Shown here one piece after another: positions 1 to 9,486 of a stretch of 64,000 nt of DNA. Made by a program: the position numbers and the translations under genes. Source of the stretch: a bacterium (GTDB taxonomy: Bacteria > Patescibacteriota > Minisyncoccia > UBA6257 > GWB1-50-10); assembly GCA_021801565.1 (NCBI GenBank), contig JAJYXV010000015.1, positions 23,839 through 87,838 of the forward strand. Reading direction: 5' to 3'. The notes beneath the pieces are model-generated. The model was not told the DNA's origin, did not search any database, and was given only the letters and a program-made list of their open reading frames with translations. Each line of letters starts with the position of its first letter. The stretch's first letter is position 1.

Positions 1-1334
1 TACACTATCTCATGCCACTTATGCCCCTCTATCTGCTTTGGTGGAAGAAGACGCACACTCAAAAACGCGGAAGTAATAATTCCAAATGTAGTGAGGTTGA
101 TAATTGATCCGGTAATTTTCGGAAGATTATATGAGACAATCGTGCTTTGAAAAAGAAATCCACCGAGTATATTAGGAAGAAATCCGAAAAGAAAAATAAT
201 AAAAGAGCTCGTCGCCCACGAATAAAAACCGTCGATCGTGGTAAACGTCCAAAATATTTTCCTTCTGAAAGAAAGCGTTTTGTTCTTCCAAAAATCGGAA
301 AATACATATGACACATTTTCGATTCCCCATGCCCATCGGCGTTGCTGTTTATAAAGATTTATAAGCGCCTCTTTCGTTGTCTTTCCCTCTACTGAATCCA
401 TATAGACGGGATAGAGAAGCGGAACCGCGCGCCAATCACCGTTATAATGATTAACACATTGAAAAAATATGTGAGAATCTTCATTCACAATCCCCACATT
501 CCAAAAACCTACATCAACAAGTGCCTGAAGCGGGATGCTGTGGGAAGAAAATGAAACGAGTTGCTCTGGGCGCGCTTGTTGCATTAATTGCCAAAATGTT
601 GAACTAAATCCAATAAGCCGCGCGAATATAGGAACTTTATAAACATTGTTGGTAAAAATCGGAATCGGTTGATAGCTCGAATGATCGGGATGAGCTGCAG
701 TGAGGTATGCGTGTGTAAGTATTCCAAAATATTCTTTTCCGGGACGTGTATCAATATCAAATACCGATACAAGAACGTCTTTTATGGGAATGCCTGATGG
801 AACAATCATCTCGGGAATTGCACGACGCACCGCATATGTATCATTCGATCCCTTTCCGGGAAGTTCTCCGGAAATTCCGAATGGATGGGAAACCACCAGC
901 ATCCCCTTAAATATATGGCCAAGCTCTTCCGCCACTTGCTGCGCTGATTTTTCCATCCCCCCCCTTTCTTCCGGTGCGAGAAGAATAAAAATTTTATCTT
1001 TCGGAAAATTTGTTTTTGATAGACTTTCAACCGCATCATATATAACCTCATATGACTCTTTATAGAGGGGAAGTACCACGAGATGATGCATCCGCTCCCA
1101 CGCAAGATGTTCATTTTTTATGCGCTCCATCCAGTCGACTTCCATATTCTTTTTCATTTGCACAAATGAAAAACGCAAATGAAGGAATAGATAGACCGTT
1201 CTTAAAAACCAAAGAAGATCATAAACAACGATAAAAATCGCGACTACAAACGGCAATTTCCATGATAAGAAAAGAAGCCCGAGGAGTGTTCCCCAGGAAA
1301 GGAGACCGATTATCATTTCGTAAAATCGCTTCAT
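1..1334 (-). CDS. Membrane glycosyltransferase family 2 protein (3' end runs off the window)
   Basis: Manual translation from ATG 1334 gives MKRFYEMIIGLLSWGTLLG..., N-terminal TM helices and a QQRRWAWG (QxxRW) motif near 320-350. Absent from the ORF track, presumably because the frame has no stop inside the window. Confidence 0.75.
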   Translation of the reverse strand, partial: MKRFYEMIIGLLSWGTLLGLLFLSWKLPFVVAIFIVVYDLLWFLRTVYLFLHLRFSFVQMKKNMEVDWMERIKNEHLAWERMHHLVVLPLYKESYEVIYDAVESLSKTNFPKDKIFILLAPEERGGMEKSAQQVAEELGHIFKGMLVVSHPFGISGELPGKGSNDTYAVRRAIPEMIVPSGIPIKDVLVSVFDIDTRPGKEYFGILTHAYLTAAHPDHSSYQPIPIFTNNVYKVPIFARLIGFSSTFWQLMQQARPEQLVSFSSHSIPLQALVDVGFWNVGIVNEDSHIFFQCVNHYNGDWRAVPLLYPVYMDSVEGKTTKEALINLYKQQRRWAWGIENVSYVFSDFWKNKTLSFRRKIFWTFTTIDGFYSWATSSFIIFLFGFLPNILGGFLFQSTIVSYNLPKITGSIINLTTFGIITSAFLSVRLLPPKQIEGHKWHEIV

Positions 1335-1400
1335 GTCATGAAATACTATCCTGAATATGCCTCTTTTTCAATAATAAAGAGTCTCTTTTATATGAATGAC

Positions 1401-1802
1401 TTAATATAAAAACAGCCCAAACAACTGATCAACAGCAAACTTTCCGCCCCCTACTGTGAGGAGTACGAAAAATGAAATGAGAATAAGAAGATCAAATTCA
1501 AAACTCGAAAAATTTCTCAATTTTTTTACCTTAATGATAATAACAATAAATTCAATGATGAATGGAATCGCGACAAGTTGTGTGAGAAATCCAAAAATGA
1601 GAAAAATACCCCCAATGAATTCCACAATACCCACAAGAAGCGCCCAAAAAATTCCTGGTCTAAATCCCATTCCAGCAAAGCTATCTACTGTCGCTCTCAG
1701 ATTTTTCAATTTTGGAAACCCATGATAAATAAAAATGATACCTAAAACGACACGAAGAAGAAAAAATGCCCAATCACTGAATACAAATAATGGCTGAATC
1801 AT
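1401..1802 (-). CDS. DoxX family membrane protein
   Basis: LRVVLGIIFIYHGFPK...EFIGG...GGGKFAVD pattern. Confidence 0.85.
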   Translation of the reverse strand: MIQPLFVFSDWAFFLLRVVLGIIFIYHGFPKLKNLRATVDSFAGMGFRPGIFWALLVGIVEFIGGIFLIFGFLTQLVAIPFIIEFIVIIIKVKKLRNFSSFEFDLLILISFFVLLTVGGGKFAVDQLFGLFLY

Positions 1803-2040
1803 AACTTTGGTAATTAGAAACTAGTAATTTATAACGTGTGACCTTTGTACAAATATAAGTATAGCAAAAATCCGGAGAATTGCTCCCGATCCTAATTTAA
1901 TCGAACTTTCTAATTTCTTCGATATGACCGCCAAGCATGTCAGAATCGGTAAATATTATCGTTTCTTCTTCTGTTTTTCCCTCTCTTAGAAGAATCAATC
2001 CTATTTCCAATTCATTATAAAAAATTAACAAACAACACAA

Positions 2041-2082
2041 ATACTAAAGTATTATGTGCGGCCGCACATAATACTTTAGTAT
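2041..2082. repeat. Perfect 42-bp loop-less palindrome with CGGCCG core
   Basis: atactaaagtattatgtgcgg|ccgcacataatactttagtat. Confidence 0.95.
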
Positions 2083-2150
2083 CGAGAATTTTCGGCTAAT
2101 AAAAATAACAAACACTTGATACTTAATACCAAATACCTAATACTTTCCCT

Positions 2151-3239
2151 ATGAAGATTCTTGCGATAGAAACATCGTGTGATGACACGGCAATTGCGCT
2201 CGTGGAGGCGTCAGGCACAATGTCCACACCAAAATTCAAGATTCTAAAGAGTGTAGTATCATCACAAATCAAAATCCATCGCCCGTGGGGTGGTGTGGTT
2301 CCCAACCTCGCAAAGCGTGAGCACATCAAAAATCTTCCAAAGATTTTTGATAAGTTAAAAGTTAAAGGCAAAAAGGCAAAAGTTGATGCAATCTGTGTCA
2401 CCGTCGGACCCGGACTTGAACCGGCACTCTGGGCAGGAATCACATTTGCTAAGGAAATTTATAGACAATTGAAGACTGAAAACCCGACCAAGACGGGCCA
2501 GCCTCAGGCTGGAAAACTAAGGCTTATCGGAGTGAATCACCTGGAGGGACACCTCTACAGTTTTTTGCTCTCACAAAAAACTGTAAATTCTAAACACAAA
2601 ATACTAAATCCTAAATCCTATTCCCCAACCCCCATCTTTCCCGCGATTGCTCTAATTGTTTCTGGGGGACACACCATTCTTCTCAAAATGGACTCGCCTA
2701 TAAAATGGAAAAAACTTGGGGAAACAAAGGATGACGCGGTGGGAGAATCATTCGACAAAGTGGCAAAAATGCTTGGATTTCCCTATCCAGGAGGGCCAGA
2801 GATACAACGCCTTGCCGAGAAAGGAAACCCAAACGCAGTACGATTTCCACGTCCAATGATCGGATCGAAAGATTATAATTTCAGCTATTCGGGACTCAAA
2901 ACCTCTGTACTTTATTACCTCCGCGACAATCCAAAAGCAGAAAAAGAAGATGTAGCAGCAAGTTTTCAAGAAGCGGCACTCGATGTACTCATAAAAAAAA
3001 CCGAGCGGGCAGCACGTGAATATGGTGCAAAATCAATCTTTCTTTCTGGGGGCGTTGCAGCAAATAGTGTGCTTCGTAATAAGTTATTAGTAATTAGTAA
3101 TAAGTTGGGCGCAAATTTCTTTGCGCCACCAATGGATTTTAACACCGATAATGCCGTGATGATTGCGGTTGCGGGATATATGAGTATCCTCCGTAAGAAA
3201 AATAAAAAACTTATTGCGGATGGGAATATGAGGATATAA
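2151..3239 (+). CDS. tsaD: tRNA N6-adenosine threonylcarbamoyltransferase TsaD
   Basis: ILAIETSCDDT, HLEGH, VSGGHT, DDAVGESFDK and TDNAVMIA motifs; carries several low-complexity inserts. Confidence 0.97.
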   Translation: MKILAIETSCDDTAIALVEASGTMSTPKFKILKSVVSSQIKIHRPWGGVVPNLAKREHIKNLPKIFDKLKVKGKKAKVDAICVTVGPGLEPALWAGITFAKEIYRQLKTENPTKTGQPQAGKLRLIGVNHLEGHLYSFLLSQKTVNSKHKILNPKSYSPTPIFPAIALIVSGGHTILLKMDSPIKWKKLGETKDDAVGESFDKVAKMLGFPYPGGPEIQRLAEKGNPNAVRFPRPMIGSKDYNFSYSGLKTSVLYYLRDNPKAEKEDVAASFQEAALDVLIKKTERAAREYGAKSIFLSGGVAANSVLRNKLLVISNKLGANFFAPPMDFNTDNAVMIAVAGYMSILRKKNKKLIADGNMRI

Positions 3240-3272
3240 CATAATATAGTCGATCGGATGGATAATGTTATA
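3235..3272. repeat. 38-bp tripartite motif, copy 1
   Basis: TATAACAT aatatagt CGATCG gatggata ATGTTATA; contains the tsaD stop codon. Confidence 0.85.
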
Positions 3273-3307
3273 TATCACTTTTGTATTTTTTATGTATACT
3301 ATACATT

Positions 3308-3562
3308 ATGGGTAATGAAAAAATGGAACGGAGATTTATTGTAAATCCCAACGGAGAAGCAAAAGAACAAAAATTAAAAGAGGGTGAGCCAACGCGAAAA
3401 TTCGTGGGAAATGAAATGGGAGAAATAAAGGAGGAAGAATTTACAGAGGAAGATCGAGAGCTTTTTCGTATTGCCGAAAGTCTAGATTATCAGAAATTCT
3501 TTCAAGAGAACCCTGATTTAAGAGAAGAATTTATCGAGTGGTATAAGAAAAATAAAAAGTAA
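3308..3562 (+). CDS. Hypothetical acidic protein
   Basis: ORF with ATG 3308 just downstream of TATACT, followed by a hairpin. Confidence 0.6.
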   Translation: MGNEKMERRFIVNPNGEAKEQKLKEGEPTRKFVGNEMGEIKEEEFTEEDRELFRIAESLDYQKFFQENPDLREEFIEWYKKNKK

Positions 3563-3590
3563 AATTCTCCGTGTTTGACGGAGAATTTTT
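3562..3590. terminator. Bidirectional intrinsic terminator
   Basis: aaaattctccgt-gtttg-acggagaatttt between convergent ORFs. Confidence 0.7.
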
Positions 3591-3845
3591 TTATCCCAAA
3601 AATAAGTATGTGTACCATCCCGCCACAATAAAGGAAATGACAATCGTTCCAATACTTATCCCCTTCCAAAAATCACTCCTCTTGTCATTTTTATACTCCC
3701 CAGTGAGAACATAGATATTGTAGAAAAATGCAAGAGTAAGCATCGAAACAGCAAAGATAGTAAACATCGGGAAATTCACGATATGCGCAACAATAAAAAG
3801 CACGCCATACAAAAAAACAGCAAGTAATAAACCAAAAAGTTTCAT
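3591..3845 (-). CDS. Hypothetical membrane protein (about 3 TM)
   Basis: Hydrophobic ORF; ATG 3845 preceded by a purine-rich SD-like AAAGGGG. Confidence 0.6.
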   Translation of the reverse strand: MKLFGLLLAVFLYGVLFIVAHIVNFPMFTIFAVSMLTLAFFYNIYVLTGEYKNDKRSDFWKGISIGTIVISFIVAGWYTYLFLG

Positions 3846-4011
3846 ATAGACCCCTTTTAGATGTATAAATAATTCTGTATTTATAAAAGCACCAACAATA
3901 GCAATCGTCAAACTGTTTCAAAACTATCGGAGAAAATTAATATTTCCTTGCAAAACCCTTGCTATGGGAGTATAACGATTGATAGTTATTTAACTCAAAA
4001 CGGAGTTCTCT

Positions 4012-4356
4012 ATGAGCGATGCACATGGCGACTTAAAACGCGAAGAAAACAGATGCTTTGCATATGTCGGTTTCCTCGAAGCGTTCATTGATTATATCAA
4101 AAAACCTCTGGAAAAAAATTGGAAACAAATAGAAATAAAAATCCTTGACGCAACAGACTATATTTCGAAAGAAGAATATTTTGAATTCAAATTTCAAAAA
4201 AGTATTGAAATTTTTGACCGGCTGAAAGAAAAAGCAAAACTTCTAAAAAATCTTGATTTTCAGGAATCTAAAAAGTTTATTTCCGCCGTCAATCCTTACG
4301 GAAAATTCAGCAAAAAAATCAAAGACTTTATAGAAGAAATAACTCCAGAAGAATAA
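4012..4356 (+). CDS. Hypothetical protein
   Basis: 114-aa ORF with upstream GGAG and sigma70-like -35/-10. Confidence 0.6.
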   Translation: MSDAHGDLKREENRCFAYVGFLEAFIDYIKKPLEKNWKQIEIKILDATDYISKEEYFEFKFQKSIEIFDRLKEKAKLLKNLDFQESKKFISAVNPYGKFSKKIKDFIEEITPEE

Positions 4357-4425
4357 TGACGTACCCCCCGTAGCCAAGTTGTGGGGTTCCTGATAATTAA
4401 AAAACCCGGATTCATTTCGGGCTTT

Positions 4426-5106
4426 TTATTTATTTTCTTGTGAAAACTGCACTGATTTTATATACTCCATCGGAATCTCCCCTTGAACCATCACCTCTGG
4501 AAATAGGCGCATATAGGCGCGAAATTTATCATCATTTTTGTCTCTAACTCTTTCCAACATTGCCTCACCAAAAAGATTTTGTAATCTCTCCTTTTTTATA
4601 TTTTCCCTCCAAAACAAATCATCATTTTCGATATCAGTGAGATATTTTTTTAAGTAAGAGATAAATTCACTTCCTTTTATTATAGAATTTTTGAAATATT
4701 TCTCATCATCCTCTTTTCCAATAAAATGGATAAGGTCTCCTGCTGTAGCAACCATTACATCCTCGCGATTTAATATCTCTGGATCTATTTCTAAAACAAC
4801 ATCTCCCATATTACTTGGCTTATGACTCAGAAATATACTATTATCCCTGCCATGTTGTTTATCCATAATTCCGCTTGATGCGGCATCCGATAAAAGATCT
4901 TCTGGGTCATTTTCTGATAAAAACCTATTTTTTATAAGTTCCGCAATACTCATTATCTTTCCTTGTTTTTTTATCTTTTCCCATTTTTCCTTGCTTGTTG
5001 AATGGTATAAATGAAGTTTTTCCATTATTTCTTTTTCAGAAATTTCTGGCCTTTTCTTCACGTCGACAGTTAGTGAAACTAACTCTTTCTTTTCAAAACT
5101 TTCCAT
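4426..5106 (-). CDS. Hypothetical protein, possible ADP-ribosyltransferase-fold (DarT/KptA-like)
   Basis: LYHSTS...IFLS...VVLEIDP...PEVMVQGEIPMEYI motif order resembles ART-fold proteins. Confidence 0.5.
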   Translation of the reverse strand: MESFEKKELVSLTVDVKKRPEISEKEIMEKLHLYHSTSKEKWEKIKKQGKIMSIAELIKNRFLSENDPEDLLSDAASSGIMDKQHGRDNSIFLSHKPSNMGDVVLEIDPEILNREDVMVATAGDLIHFIGKEDDEKYFKNSIIKGSEFISYLKKYLTDIENDDLFWRENIKKERLQNLFGEAMLERVRDKNDDKFRAYMRLFPEVMVQGEIPMEYIKSVQFSQENK

Positions 5107-5160
5107 TTGATAAGTATAACATAAAAAAAACCAGGAATATTCCGGGTTTTTTAATAATAT

Positions 5161-5520
5161 TTATTCCTTCACCGCGATATAGTGCGGCTCTCTACAGTGA
5201 TAGCATTGAGCTTTTTCAATTGCGACGCTAACTGCGCGCGAGTATTGTTTAAATCTCAGAGGGAGATTTTCTGGTCTTCCGGACCAGATTTTGAATTCAT
5301 CAAGAACAATTCCATACGGAACCAATCTTGTTGAAAATTTCCTTATATCCACATCACCATCACCACGGTGATGTGGAAAGGAAATTCTTATGACAGCCTC
5401 GGGAACAGAAAAATACGCACGCACACCACAGGCGAGATGTCCCGATCGAGGAATGTAATATGGGAAAAGATTTTTTCCTGACAGACCGCAAATGACTTCT
5501 GCATCTCCCGTGTTCGTCAT
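5161..5520 (-). CDS. Hypothetical protein with Cys/His-rich C-terminus
   Basis: 119-aa ORF ending KAQCYHCREPHY; start uncertain. Confidence 0.55.
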   Translation of the reverse strand: MTNTGDAEVICGLSGKNLFPYYIPRSGHLACGVRAYFSVPEAVIRISFPHHRGDGDVDIRKFSTRLVPYGIVLDEFKIWSGRPENLPLRFKQYSRAVSVAIEKAQCYHCREPHYIAVKE

Positions 5521-5627
5521 TCCACCACCACACTCTTCGCATTGTATTGAGAATGTATAAGAATATAATATGTCAATATAATCAAAAGTCTTTATTCTAT
5601 AATGAAAATCGAGGTATAATCAAAAAC

Positions 5628-7811
5628 ATGGAACTTATTACTGGCGCATACGAACCAAAAGAAGCGGAATCGAACATATACGAAAAATGGGAACAATCGG
5701 GATATTTTAATCCAGACAAACTTCCCGGCGAGCGGAATGAAAAATATATTGTCTATATGCCACTTCCCAACGTGACAGGAACACTCCATATGGGACACGC
5801 ACTTGATAATACGCTTCAGGATATTGTTATTCGCTATCATCGAATGAAAGGATATAAAACACTTTGGTTTCCTGGCACCGACCACGCGGGTATTGCAACG
5901 CAGTATGTTGTTGAAAAAGAATTAAAGAAAAGGGGAATAAACCGTTTTGAACTTGGGCGTGAAAAATTTATTGAGAAAATATGGGAGTGGAAAAACAAAT
6001 ACGGAAACACTATTATTGAGCAGTTAAAAAAACTTGGAGTGTCATGTGATTGGTCGCGCATCAGATTCACTATGGACGAGAAATATGCAAAAGATGTGCA
6101 AAATGCATTCGTGCATTACCACGAGAAAGGATTTCTCTATCGTGGAAAACGCGTTGTAAATTGGTGCCCACGCTGTGGTACAAGTCTTTCTGAACTTGAA
6201 CTCGAATATAAAGACGAGAAATCAAAATTGTGGTACATAAAATATAATTTCAAAGATCAAAATTCAAAGATCAAAAGTGTGACTGTTGCAACAACACGAC
6301 CTGAAACAATGTTGGGTGACACCGCGGTTGCGGTACATCCGAAAGATGATCGGTATAAAAATATGATTGGAAAAACTCTTATACTTCCGATTATGCATCG
6401 GGAAATTCCCATTGTTGCTGATGATGCAATAGACATGGAGTTTGGTACGGGTGCGGTCAAAGTTACCCCCGCACATGACATGGTTGATTTTGAAATGGGG
6501 GAGCGACACAAACTTGAAGTAATTCAAGTGATTGATGAACGCGGAAAAATGAATGAAAACGCAGGAATATACAATGAAATGAAAGCGGAAGAGGCACGGG
6601 AAAAGATTGTTGAAAGATTAAAAGGGGAAAAACTTCTTGAAAAAGAGGAGAGCTACGACCACCGGGTCGCGGTTTGCTACCGTTGCGGACACGTGATTGA
6701 GCCGGTTCCCTCACTTCAATGGTTTTTGAGAATGGAAGAACTCGCAAAAAATGCACTTGATGCCGTAAAATCCAAAAAAGTAAAAATCATCCCTAATAAT
6801 TTTGAAAAAAAATATTTCGATTGGCTTGAAAATATCCGCGACTGGACAATCTCGCGTCAGATTTGGTGGGGACACCAAATTCCAGTTTATTTTTGCAAAA
6901 ATAAACTGGAATCAATTTCCAATGAAAATAAAGAAGAGTATGTGGTCTCACTGGAAAGACCAGGAACATGCCCATTTTGTAAAAAATGTGAAATGGAACA
7001 ATCTCCTGATGTGCTCGACACGTGGTTTTCCTCGGCACTTTGGCCGTTTGCAGGACTTTCGGAATCAGATCTCAAAAATTATTATCCAGGAACAACACTT
7101 ATTACCGCGCGCGATATATTAAATCTTTGGGTGGCGCGTATGATTTATTCCGGCATTGAATTTAAAAAAGAACTTCCCTTTACTAACGTATTTATTCACG
7201 GAACGATACTCACCAAAGATGGGAAACGCATGTCGAAAAGTCTTGGCACCGGCATTGATCCGTTGAAATATATTGATCAGTATGGCGCCGACGCAACACG
7301 CTTTGGAATCGTCTGGCAGGCGAGCGGACAAGATATTCGATGGGATGAGACCGCAATTATTGCAGGAAAAAAATTTGCAAATAAATTATGGAACGCGAGT
7401 CGGTTTGTTCTCGCAAACGCTTCGCCAAATGGTATCAGTATAAATCAGCTCAATCCGCATATATCCGCGTCTACGGATGCAGATAAGAAAATTTTAAGGG
7501 CACTTGAGAAAACAAAAGAAAGTATTGAAAGGGATATAAAAAATTTTGAATTTTCGAGACCGCTTCACACCGCATACGATTTTTTCTGGCACGAATTTTG
7601 CGACATTTATCTTGAGATATCAAAGAAACAATTATCTGTCCCGAACGGAAAAGACGAAAACCTGTCGGAAAACACGAAAGCGATACTAATACATGTCCTC
7701 CTCTCTTCCCTTAAAATATTTCATCCCTTCATTCCCTTCATCACTGAAGAAATTTATTCACGTATTCCACTTGAAAACAAAAAAGAATGTCTCATGATTG
7801 AGGAATGGTAA
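5628..7811 (+). CDS. valS: Valine--tRNA ligase lacking the C-terminal coiled-coil arm
   Basis: PNVTGTLHMGH (HIGH), RMSKS (KMSKS), TTRPETMLGD, SRQIWWGH. Confidence 0.97.
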   Translation: MELITGAYEPKEAESNIYEKWEQSGYFNPDKLPGERNEKYIVYMPLPNVTGTLHMGHALDNTLQDIVIRYHRMKGYKTLWFPGTDHAGIATQYVVEKELKKRGINRFELGREKFIEKIWEWKNKYGNTIIEQLKKLGVSCDWSRIRFTMDEKYAKDVQNAFVHYHEKGFLYRGKRVVNWCPRCGTSLSELELEYKDEKSKLWYIKYNFKDQNSKIKSVTVATTRPETMLGDTAVAVHPKDDRYKNMIGKTLILPIMHREIPIVADDAIDMEFGTGAVKVTPAHDMVDFEMGERHKLEVIQVIDERGKMNENAGIYNEMKAEEAREKIVERLKGEKLLEKEESYDHRVAVCYRCGHVIEPVPSLQWFLRMEELAKNALDAVKSKKVKIIPNNFEKKYFDWLENIRDWTISRQIWWGHQIPVYFCKNKLESISNENKEEYVVSLERPGTCPFCKKCEMEQSPDVLDTWFSSALWPFAGLSESDLKNYYPGTTLITARDILNLWVARMIYSGIEFKKELPFTNVFIHGTILTKDGKRMSKSLGTGIDPLKYIDQYGADATRFGIVWQASGQDIRWDETAIIAGKKFANKLWNASRFVLANASPNGISINQLNPHISASTDADKKILRALEKTKESIERDIKNFEFSRPLHTAYDFFWHEFCDIYLEISKKQLSVPNGKDENLSENTKAILIHVLLSSLKIFHPFIPFITEEIYSRIPLENKKECLMIEEW

Positions 7812-7818
7812 TTTTCTT

Positions 7819-8538
7819 ATGTTCTTTTTAACACTTATTCTTACTCTCCTCTTTGCGTGTGCACCAAGCATTATATGGCTTCTTTTTTTCTTGCGCGAAG
7901 ATACGCGTCCGGAACCAAAGCGACTCATCCTCTATACGTTCGGTGCGGGAGCGTTTGTAAGCCTTTTCGTGCTTGTTGTTCAATATATCTTCCAACAATC
8001 AGTACTCGGACTTGGAGGAAATGTGCTTTTTCTTATCGTTGGACTCGCATTCGTAGAAGAATTATTTAAATTTATCGCGGCACATTGGGCGGTAGAACGG
8101 GATAGAGCATTTGACGAACCAGTTGATGCGATGATCTATATGATTATCGCAGCACTCGGATTTGCAACAATAGAAAACTTATTTGTGCTTGGAAACTCGT
8201 TTGATGTAATAAGTGCCGCCTCTTTTTCAATTGTGGGCACAACACTTCTCCTTCGATTTATTGGTGCAACACTTCTCCACAGTATTTCGTCTGCGCTTGT
8301 TGGATTTTATTGGGCGAAAGGGAAGTTGCTGCGAAAAAAGAAAAAACTTATTCCTATTGGTATCATTTTTGCGACACTCATTCATGGAGTGTTCAACTAT
8401 CTCATTGAATATTTCCAAGATAAAAATCTTCTCATCTACCCGAGTATTTTTCTTCTTATTGCCTCATTTTTTATCTTTGTTGACTTCGAAAAACTGAAAG
8501 AAATCTGGAAAAATAAGTATCCTCGAGAAACACAATAG
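7819..8538 (+). CDS. PrsW family intramembrane protease
   Basis: EELFK, GFATIEN, H..S and IHGVFN motifs; multiple TM helices. Confidence 0.9.
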   Translation: MFFLTLILTLLFACAPSIIWLLFFLREDTRPEPKRLILYTFGAGAFVSLFVLVVQYIFQQSVLGLGGNVLFLIVGLAFVEELFKFIAAHWAVERDRAFDEPVDAMIYMIIAALGFATIENLFVLGNSFDVISAASFSIVGTTLLLRFIGATLLHSISSALVGFYWAKGKLLRKKKKLIPIGIIFATLIHGVFNYLIEYFQDKNLLIYPSIFLLIASFFIFVDFEKLKEIWKNKYPRETQ

Positions 8539-8557
8539 TCTGTGTTATACTTGAAAC

Positions 8558-9007
8558 ATGGAAGATAAAAATAAAGACAATATTTTCATTGAACTTGCAA
8601 AAGTACGAAGTCAACCCGCACCCATTGCGATAGACACCGAAGAAGATTTTTCTACCGAAATTGCGGATGAGGAGGTGGAGGGACAGCTCACTGTTGACGT
8701 GTATCAAGATAAAGACAATGTGGTGGTGCAGTCAACCGTGGCGGGAGTAAATCCAGACGAATTAGAGGTGAATATTACAAACGAATCGATCACTGTTCGC
8801 GGAAAAAGAGAGAGGGTGGAAAAAATTGAAGAAAAAAATTACTTTTACCAGGAATGTTTTTGGGGAAAATTTTCCCGATCTATTATTCTTCCTGTTGAAG
8901 TGGATCCCGAAAGTTCTGTTGCAACATTGAAAAATGGAGTGCTTACGGTGGTAATGCCGAAAGCAACAAGAAAAAAAGCAAAGAAATTAAAGGTAAGGCT
9001 CGATTAA
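8558..9007 (+). CDS. Hsp20/alpha-crystallin small heat-shock protein
   Basis: VDVYQDKD...GKFSRSIILP...LKNGVLTVVMPK. Confidence 0.92.
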   Translation: MEDKNKDNIFIELAKVRSQPAPIAIDTEEDFSTEIADEEVEGQLTVDVYQDKDNVVVQSTVAGVNPDELEVNITNESITVRGKRERVEKIEEKNYFYQECFWGKFSRSIILPVEVDPESSVATLKNGVLTVVMPKATRKKAKKLKVRLD

Positions 9008-9031
9008 AAATCCGCCGAAAGGCGGATTTTT
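9007..9031. terminator. Bidirectional terminator-like hairpin
   Basis: aaaaatccgcc-gaaa-ggcggattttt. Confidence 0.7.
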
Positions 9032-9388
9032 CTATCTGTAGAGAATTTTTATTTCTTCAAATGAAGAAGATAAGTATCTTTCCTCAAGATCTGCGACTTC
9101 ATCCATGTGAAATTCATGATCCGGATTCGTTCCGAGGATTTCGGGCAAAAAGTGTTCTGCGTGCCCGATTATTTTTTTTCTTTGTGTGCGATCAAGAAAA
9201 TTTGTTCGCAAAATGATTTCACAACATACACAAAATGCCTTTTCTTCTCCTATTTTTTGCACATTAAAATCCCGAATAACCATATCCGCTTTCCTCGAGT
9301 CAGAAATTGGGTAATGAGAAAAATCTGGAAATAAAACACCAAACACTTCATCAAGCGGATTCATCTTTTTCTTCGACATTATCTTCAC
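9032..9388 (-). CDS. Hypothetical protein
   Basis: 118-aa ORF, no recognisable motif. Confidence 0.5.
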   Translation of the reverse strand: MKIMSKKKMNPLDEVFGVLFPDFSHYPISDSRKADMVIRDFNVQKIGEEKAFCVCCEIILRTNFLDRTQRKKIIGHAEHFLPEILGTNPDHEFHMDEVADLEERYLSSSFEEIKILYR

Positions 9389-9444
9389 TCCTTTTTATGT
9401 AAATATCTGCTTCGAGTATAAACTGAATTTCTCTCCACAGTCAA

Positions 9445-9482
9445 CCAGGGAGTGATCCGCCAACGGGCGGACTACTTCCTGG
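9445..9482. mobile_element. 38-bp palindromic mini-element flanked by TCAA direct repeats
   Basis: TCAA[CCAGGGAGT gatccgcc aacg ggcggact ACTTCCTGG]TCAA. Confidence 0.6.
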
Positions 9483-9486
9483 TCAA

